A stretch of 64,000 bases of DNA, taken from NCBI GenBank assembly GCA_964035575.1, contig OZ037836.1, positions 1,488,001 through 1,552,000 on the forward strand, read 5' to 3'. A program made the position numbers and the translations under genes. The notes under the pieces are model-generated. The model saw only the letters and a program-made list of their open reading frames with translations, searched no databases and was not told the origin of the DNA. Of this stretch, positions 57,056-64,000 are shown one piece after another. Each line of letters begins with the position of its first letter. Positions within the stretch are counted from its first letter, which is position 1. Origin of the DNA: Rhynchopus sp. YZ270_cl-10 (Eukaryota).

Positions 57056-57260
57056 AAAAAAAAAAAACACTCTCGAAAACTCTCGAAACCAAAAAAACAC
57101 TCACGGGGAGTTCGTTTTTTTTGATTTTTTGCCAAACTCCCCGTGACTCCCCGGGATTTCAATGTATGTTTTTTGCAAAAATGAAATCCTCCTCATTTCG
57201 AAAATTCTGCTTTTTTCGTGGAGGATCTTGAGAGCCCTGAAAAAGAAACTGTTATTTTTA

Positions 57261-58173
57261 CGTGCACTTCGAGGATTTCAGAGCGAATCAGCACACAGTC
57301 GAGGTGGGTGCAGATGACACAGTGGAGGGCTTGCGGCGGAAGGTGGCGTCTGCAATGGGGTTGCCTGAAGACGGCTTTTGCATGAGTTTCGGAGACGAAG
57401 CGATGGGAGAAGGAGCGGACATGACGCAGCTGAGTGCTGGTGACACAATCATCCTCACGAAGTCGAAGAAGCAAAAAGCCATTGCAGAGCTTCATGCGTT
57501 GGGTGTGACCGACATCACAGCCGAGAAGTTGGAGAGTGTGGAGGATCCTGAGGTGGCGTGTTTGCTTCTGCAGGCGGAGGTTGCGACTGTCATTCCGGGT
57601 TTCTTCTTGTCACACACTTCGTTGACGAGACTTGATCTCAGTGCTGAGTCCATTGTGACTCACATTGGAGACGGCTTCCTGTACCACTGCACCTCGTTGA
57701 CAAGTATCAATCTTTCTGGGTTGAGCAATGTGACGCAGGTTGATAACGGCTTTCTTGTCGGATGCAGCAGCTTAAACAACATCGATTTATCTCCACTCAG
57801 CAATGTGACGCAGGTTGATGCAGCGTTCCTTCAGGACTGCAGCAGCTTAACGACCCTGGATTTGTCGCCACTCAGCAATGTAACGAAGGTTGATAACGGC
57901 TTTCTCCACGGATGCAAGAGCTTAACGACCCTGGATTTATCTCCACTCAGCAACGTGACGCATATTCGTAGCGGTTTAGGAGGTACTACTGCTGCACAAT
58001 TTGCTGCGTACTGCCCTTCGTTGACGAGCATTTACCTTTCCGGCTGCAGCAGTGTTGTGTCCAACGAAGTGAGGAACGGCGAGCTGAGTAAGCTTGTGGT
58101 TGAAGCACGTCCGAAACGAAGCAGAGACGAATCCCCCGAGCAAAGCCAGAAGCGACGTCGACACGCACAATGA
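57261..58173 (+). pseudogene. UBL-LRR gene, copy 4 (open frame, but native ATG missing)
   Basis: Begins at ACGTGCACTTC, where copy 3 has ATGGACGTGCACTTC; both retro target sites are empty. Confidence 0.75.
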
Positions 58174-58619
58174 CGACGTGGTGTGTTGGTGGCAGGGCAG
58201 CACCTCCCCGAGGTGGAGGGTCTCTGGCAGTGTGTTTGCTTGCGTCCTCTGGTTCGGAGAAGAAGAGACAGTGCTGACAGGTGGTCTGTTGGTAGGTTTT
58301 TTTGCGGAGGGGTTTTTTTTTTGTTAGGACAAATACCATGGATGTAGAAAGTACTTCACGTACTTTTTTTGAAAAAAAAAAGTAAAAAAGTACGTGACGA
58401 AAAATAAAAAAAAACGTACTTTTTTTTTTTTGAAAAAAAAGTCCAGCCTCCCTACAACGAACCTGGGGCAGCTGATGCAGCGCCATGAGGCAGACGTGCT
58501 CCGCTTCCTTTGCGAGGCTGGATATCTGGACGATGAAATTGAATCACTCATGCGCCATTGAGTCACTGATGTGACACCGGCGTGATGACTTTTTAACCTA
58601 CCTTATCAAAATAAGAAAC

Positions 58620-59950
58620 CAGGCCTTTTGCTAACTTTGGGATTTTCCCCCTGAATGGCATGATGGTCAAAAAAAAATAATTTCCTGGAAAAAAAAGTAC
58701 ATTCCGAGCTTTCCCGCCTGGTGAAAGCGGTCGTCGCGCGCTTCGCGCGCGCCTCCCTGCCAGCCACAGGGTGGAGAGGCGAAGGGTCAGCTTTGCGAGA
58801 TATAAACAAAAAACGGAATATAATCCTTTATTAACGGTCCTTGGTCTTGCGCCTTACGTACACTAACCGTACAAAATCAATACGTCTTCCAGAAGCAGGG
58901 GCTGTTGCAACGGTTGGGTTGCTTTGAAATAAGAATGGTCAATTTTTTGCAGCTTGGGTCAAGTTTCATTTCTGGCTGCAAAATGCAAGGGAATCCCCTT
59001 AGACATTGTAAAATGGCACCGTAGGCAGGAAGAAAATAGCGTACAGCGAGCGAAGCGAGCAGAAAAAAATTTTTAGGTACACCTCCGCGAGCGCAGCGAG
59101 CAGAAAAATTGTAAGGTGCCATCGTGCCATCATGCCATCATGCCATCATGCCATCATGCCATCGTGCCATCATGCCATCATGCCATCATGCCATCATGCC
59201 ATCATGCCATCATGCCATCATGCCATCATGCCATCATGCCATCATGCCATCATGCCATCATGCCATCATGCCATCATGCCATCATGCCATCATGCCATCA
59301 TGCCATCATGCCATCATGCCATCATGCCATCATGCCATCATGCCATCATGCCATCATGCCATCATGCCATCATGCCATCATGCCATCATGCCATCATGCC
59401 ATCATGCCATCATGCCATCATGCCATCATGCCATCATGCCATCATGCCATCATGCCATCATGCCATCATGCCATCATGCCATCATGCCATCATGCCATCA
59501 TGCCATCATGCCATCATGCCATCATGCCATCATGCCATCATGCCATCATGCCATCATGCCATCATGCCATCATGCCATCATGCCATCATGCCATCATGCC
59601 ATCATGCCATCATGCCATCATGCCATCATGCCATCATGCCATCATGCCATCATGCCATCATGCCATCATGCCATCATGCCATCATGCCATCATGCCATCA
59701 TGCCATCATGCCATCATGCCATCATGCCATCATGCCATCATGCCATCATGCCATCATGCCATCATGCCATCATGCCATCATGCCATCATGCCATCATGCC
59801 ATCATGCCATCTGGGGGGGAAATCCCCAGGTGATGGATAGCGAAAGCCCTGCCCCACCACCCCCCGTGGCATGATGGTGGCATGATGGAAAAAAAAATAA
59901 AAAACGCCCAAAAACGTGGCACGATGGCATGATGGTTAGCAAAAGGCCTG
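58620..59950. mobile_element. CAGG-ended TIR element with 9-bp TSD ATAAGAAAC
   Basis: 16-bp TIR CAGGCCTTTTGCTAAC; TGGCATGATGG subterminal motifs. Confidence 0.85.
59117..59811. repeat. (TGCCATCA)n microsatellite, ~87 copies
   Basis: Near-perfect 8-bp tandem array. Confidence 0.97.
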
Positions 59951-61359
59951 ATAAGAAACAAAATTTAAAAAAAAAAAAAAAAACAGAAACAGAAACAAAA
60001 ACAAAAAACAAAAAACAAAAAAAAAAAAAAAAACAAAAAAAAAACCCAATTTTTTTAGCTTTTTTCTTTGAGGGCATGTCCCCTTTTGTCGTCAGCCCAG
60101 AGTCAGTAGGCTCTGCCACACCTTGGGGAGAGGTGTGCGGACTGTGTCTCCAAGAGGAAAAGGGAAGCTGTCCCCCCTGCCCCGTCGCAGTGTGGAACCC
60201 CGCTAAGTAGCACAACAACAAAACTAAGCAAGAGGCAGTACCAGTGGCGCGGCTACCAATAATTACCGCGTAGTCAGCGTCACGCCTACCATGGTAGGTT
60301 ACAGTGAAAAAAAACACGGGTCAGGAAAGATCTTTTGTCTTTTTTTGTCTTTTTTCGAGAATCTCGGGAGAAAAAAAAAAAAAATCAAGATTTTCAGGAT
60401 TTTTGTCTTTTTTTTTCAGGATCTCTCGAGATCTTTGAGATCTTTGAAAAATCCTGAAAAAAAAAGGAAAAAAAAGGAAAAAAAGAGAAAAAAAGATGAA
60501 AAAGATCTTGAAAATCTTTTTTTTCTCAAAAAAAAGATAAAAAAGATTTTTGGGATTTTGAAAAATCTTTTTGGGGAAAAAAAAAAAAAAGATTTTGAAA
60601 ATCTTTTTTTTTTTTTTCAAAGATTTCTCAAGATCTCGAGATTTTTCATGAAATTTCATGGATTTTTCCAGGATTTTTCAGGATTTTTTCAGGATTTTTC
60701 CAGGATTTTCAAATCTTTTCTCTTTTTTTTTTTCTCCCAAAAATCTTTTTTTTTTTTTTTTTTTTCGGGAGAAGAGGATTTTTTTTCTCGAAAAAAAAAA
60801 AAAAAAAAAAGATCTTTCCCGACCCGTGAAAAAAAAAAAAAAAAAAAAAAAGTACTTTTTTACCCATTTGGGTATGGGTTCATATTTCGTGAAAATTTTA
60901 GTCACTAAAATTTTGTCCATTTTTCTGTATATCGCCCACCACAGAATGGGCGGATTCCGGAAATGCAAATGCGGGTGTTTTCGGGCATTTTTATGGCCGA
61001 AAACGCTCCATTATTTTCACGTACGTTGATTTTCACGTGAAAAAAAAAGTACTTTTTTTTTTTTCGATCAAAATTTTTTCGTTTTTTTTTCGAAATCACG
61101 TAAATCACGTAAATTTTTTTTTCAAAAAACGTCACGTACGTGAAGTATCACGTAACCCGATTTTTGGAAAAAAAGTACTTTTTTTTTCGTCACGTACTTT
61201 CTACATCCATGAAATACTCAGGGATTTTTCTAATTGTGGATTGGGATTAAGATTTCGGGGGGTGGAAAAAATTCCTTGAAAAAGATTCCCTGTTTTTCCC
61301 TACAGCAATTTCAGGTACATTCTACCCCACCCCCCACTGTGATGGGAGTCCATTGGAAT

Positions 61360-62595
61360 ACGCAAAATACATCAAAATCTATCACAATACACGTGTCATA
61401 CAATGCAACGAGGCCGAGTCGGCCTCGCCAAGGCCTGAAAATAAATACTCAGGCGTGCCTGAGGCGTACTCGGGATTAGTTACGTTTAAGTACGCCTCAG
61501 GCACGCCTGGGTATATTTATATTTCTTACCAGCATTTTGGTCAGGAACAAAAAAGTATTTACCCCCAAATTTTGTGGTTTTCGATTCAGAGGTAGCAAAA
61601 TCTTTCAAATGCGGGGTCGCACGATGAAAAATGCGCCTCTGGGCCGAGCGAGTCGAAAAAATGAAAAGGGTTCGCTCAGCTTTGGTGCTGATGATATATA
61701 TTTAAATAAATTTTTGGTGGTACCTTCGGGTATTTCATTGATTCAAGAATTATTGTTAACAAATCTCGGGGGTGCTTTTCGACTGGGTCCCTTCGGGGCC
61801 CAACTTGATGCAAGACGGAAGAGGCTCATACAAGGCTGGATCCTCTAACACTAGAGGGATCTCATCGAGATCCCAGAATTTTACACAGGCCTCCTTGATC
61901 CACAGACCACAGCTCTATTTTTAGTACAACTATGGGGTGACCAAAGGACTTTTTTATACTTTTTTATACCCGAGGTATGACTCATCTTCTGCGAAGCCTC
62001 TTTTTAGGAGTCAGTTTACTGTAAGCAGTAACCATGATATTTTTCCACTAAAAATATCTTGCGACCCCGCAATTTTCTCAGCAGGACACCGAAAGTTGAT
62101 TTCAGCACATTTCAGGGGGCGGAGGAAATACATGGCATGCCTTAGAAACGTGGTGACCTGTGCATAATAATTTTACATATCAGCAGAAATATGAAACCGA
62201 GTATACTTTCCCCTGGTTTTTGGTACAAACTTAAAGTCACGCATTTTTTGCTAAAAAAATTGTCCGACCCCGGAATTTTTTCAGATCGCTCCGGAAATGC
62301 ATCAGAGGCCCTTTTTGCGGGGGGGAAATACACACCAGGCGCCTGAAACGCAAGTATACGTTGATATATACTCAGGCGTGCCTGAGGCGTACTTAAACGT
62401 AACTAATCCCGAGTACGCCTCAGGCACGCCTCAGTGACGCCTCAGGCACGCCTCAGATATATTTTCCAGATACGAGTATTTTCAGGCGTACCCGGCCTCG
62501 TTGCATTGTATGACGTGTATTGTGATATATTTTGCTGTATTTTGCATTTTGCATTTTGCATTTTGATATATTTTGATGCATTTTGATGTATTTTG
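61360..62595. mobile_element. Foldback-like element (boundaries approximate)
   Basis: ATCACAATACACGT..CATACAATGCAACGAGGCCG and CTCAGGCGTGCCTGAGGCGTAC blocks are inverted at ~62370-62530. Confidence 0.6.
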
Positions 62596-63348
62596 ATGCC
62601 ACACATACATCACAATACTTTACATGTAGATGAGGAGACAATTGTAAATGACTTCTCGAGTCCGCATTGCACTTCGCGGTTACCCCCAAGGGAAGACACC
62701 CTTCTTCAGAAGCCAGGTAGAGAATGCTGCCCCCCACCCCCGCCCCCTCTACACTGTCCACGTAGATCCCCCCACTACGTAAGGAGATCTGATGACGCAA
62801 GGCAAGTCGTTCTCCCAAAGCAATGGCATTGGATGGGGCACGTGCGCGTTTACGAACTGGGCCATGCTTGCGCTTAGGGTCCCCGCTATTCGCCGAGCGG
62901 TTGTGAACCGCCTCCGTTCTCTTACGGTACGCCCCACCCTTTGCCTGAGCTCGGCTGAGAAGCGTTTTAGCACGTTTTTCAACTACTCTTTATTTTGCAA
63001 TTTTGGGTGATCTGTCAACGGGGAGATGTTTTTTTAACTAGCTCTCAGTGGCGTCTCACAGACTCTGACATGCTCTCAAGCTTTCACAGCTTGTTGCGTG
63101 TCTCACGGAGACGATGCTGCCGATCACCCAAATTTATTGCGCGGAACTCGGCAATGCCGATCTGCGCACTTTCGACAAAAAACCAAAAATAATACGAAAT
63201 TACCTAGGTTACGGGGCTGAGGTGTTGAAGGCACCTGAAATTGACACCTAACCTGACAACACTAATCTACAATACTTCTGGCAAGACCACGCCCGTAGGG
63301 AGTGCTGATATTCCACTAACACACTTCAACGCAGGTGGGGGGTGTCTC

Positions 63349-64000
63349 ATGTTATGCGCTGTGTTGTTGGCATGTGTCCACACCTCCTTGGTGCCGTGTG
63401 TTGCCAGCGGGTCTGCTTGTATGTATCAGCTTTCGTTCACGGGCACGCAGTATGGGGTGAGCTTTTCGCATGATGGGGTGTGGGTAGCCGGTGGCGGTGT
63501 GACGAAGGAAGTTGCGGTGTTCCGCACTGACGACGGCACGGCCGTCACGACGCTCGCCTTCCCTTCTGAAGTCGATGCAGTTGAGTTCTCCCCCATGGGC
63601 GGGCAGCTTGCTGTTGTCTCGGGTGCTGACGTCGTCGTCGTCTCGACCGACACATGGACCACACTGCACACCCTCAGCGCAACCACCCCCAACGCCCAGG
63701 CGTACTCCCCAGACGGGACGCAACTCGCAGTTGCATCTGTAGAGGATGCGAGCCTATTCGACGCTGTGTCTGGTATCCGGGTGATGAAGTTTTCTGGGCA
63801 CAGTGCTGCGGTGATTGCGGTTGCGTTCTCACCAGACGGTGCGGAGGTAGTGACCTGCGATGCAACGACGGTGCGCATATGGTCTGTAGCAGGGGTGGAG
63901 AGGCTGGCGTTTGGTGTGGCAGATGTGCGTTCTGTGGTGTGGACAGCAGATGGGGCGCTGATAGCGACAGGATGTGGTGACGGATCCTTGGTGATGTGGT
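63349..64000 (+). CDS. WD40-repeat protein, runs off the window end
   Basis: Open frame MLCAVLLACV...VSFSHDG...VEFSPMG...AYSPDG...GHSAAVIAVAFSPDG...TVRIWS; upstream CTAAC...CGCAG splice-acceptor context. Confidence 0.8.
   Translation, partial: MLCAVLLACVHTSLVPCVASGSACMYQLSFTGTQYGVSFSHDGVWVAGGGVTKEVAVFRTDDGTAVTTLAFPSEVDAVEFSPMGGQLAVVSGADVVVVSTDTWTTLHTLSATTPNAQAYSPDGTQLAVASVEDASLFDAVSGIRVMKFSGHSAAVIAVAFSPDGAEVVTCDATTVRIWSVAGVERLAFGVADVRSVVWTADGALIATGCGDGSLVMW

Larger units (their letters stand above)
54386..57168. mobile_element. CAT...ATG TIR element (TSD TTTTTT) hosting an Ingi-like insertion
   Basis: TIR CATACATTGAAATCCC(C/G)GGGAGTC; AAAACTCTC and CGCGATTAATCGCG repeats. Confidence 0.75.
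58442..60314 (+). mobile_element. Short 3' copy of the Ingi-like LINE, split by 58620-59950
   Basis: 58442-58614 matches 56534-56708; ~59960-60306 matches ~56712-57038. Confidence 0.85.
58337..61211. mobile_element. CAT...ATG TIR element (TSD AAATAC) with nested insertions
   Basis: TIR CATGGATGTAGAAAGTAC; TCACGTAC subterminal repeats. Confidence 0.8.

Overview
This is repeat-dense eukaryotic DNA. The combination of a gag-YR-pol (VIPER/TATE-like) retroelement, an Ingi-like LINE and KAP-like H1/HMG proteins suggests a euglenozoan, possibly a diplonemid (inference only). Host genes: (i) two copies of a duplicated block made of a twin-CX9C last exon, a Lys/Ala-rich HMG-box protein with a mitochondrial-type presequence, and a UBL-LRR gene; (ii) two further UBL-LRR copies; (iii) an intronless RING/EF-hand/HERC2-like/NZF ubiquitin ligase; (iv) the start of a WD40 gene. 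The best leads are two apparently target-specific retroelement systems. First, three of the four UBL-LRR copies carry retro-insertions with 13-19 bp TSDs. Two of these (a LINE 3' fragment and a non-coding SINE-like element with a related 3' tail) have 3' junctions at exactly the same nucleotide, and the LINE proteins end in an unusual repeated C-x2-H-x4-C-x2-C...CC-x2-HH module. Second, a tyrosine-recombinase retrotransposon with intact ORFs and split direct repeats, plus a solo derivative, sits at the same position of a ~92-bp satellite unit directly upstream of the E3 ligase gene. The rest is nested non-autonomous TIR elements (including a CAT...ATG / 6-bp-TSD group), microsatellites inside TIR elements, and a full-length DD37E Tc1/mariner element.
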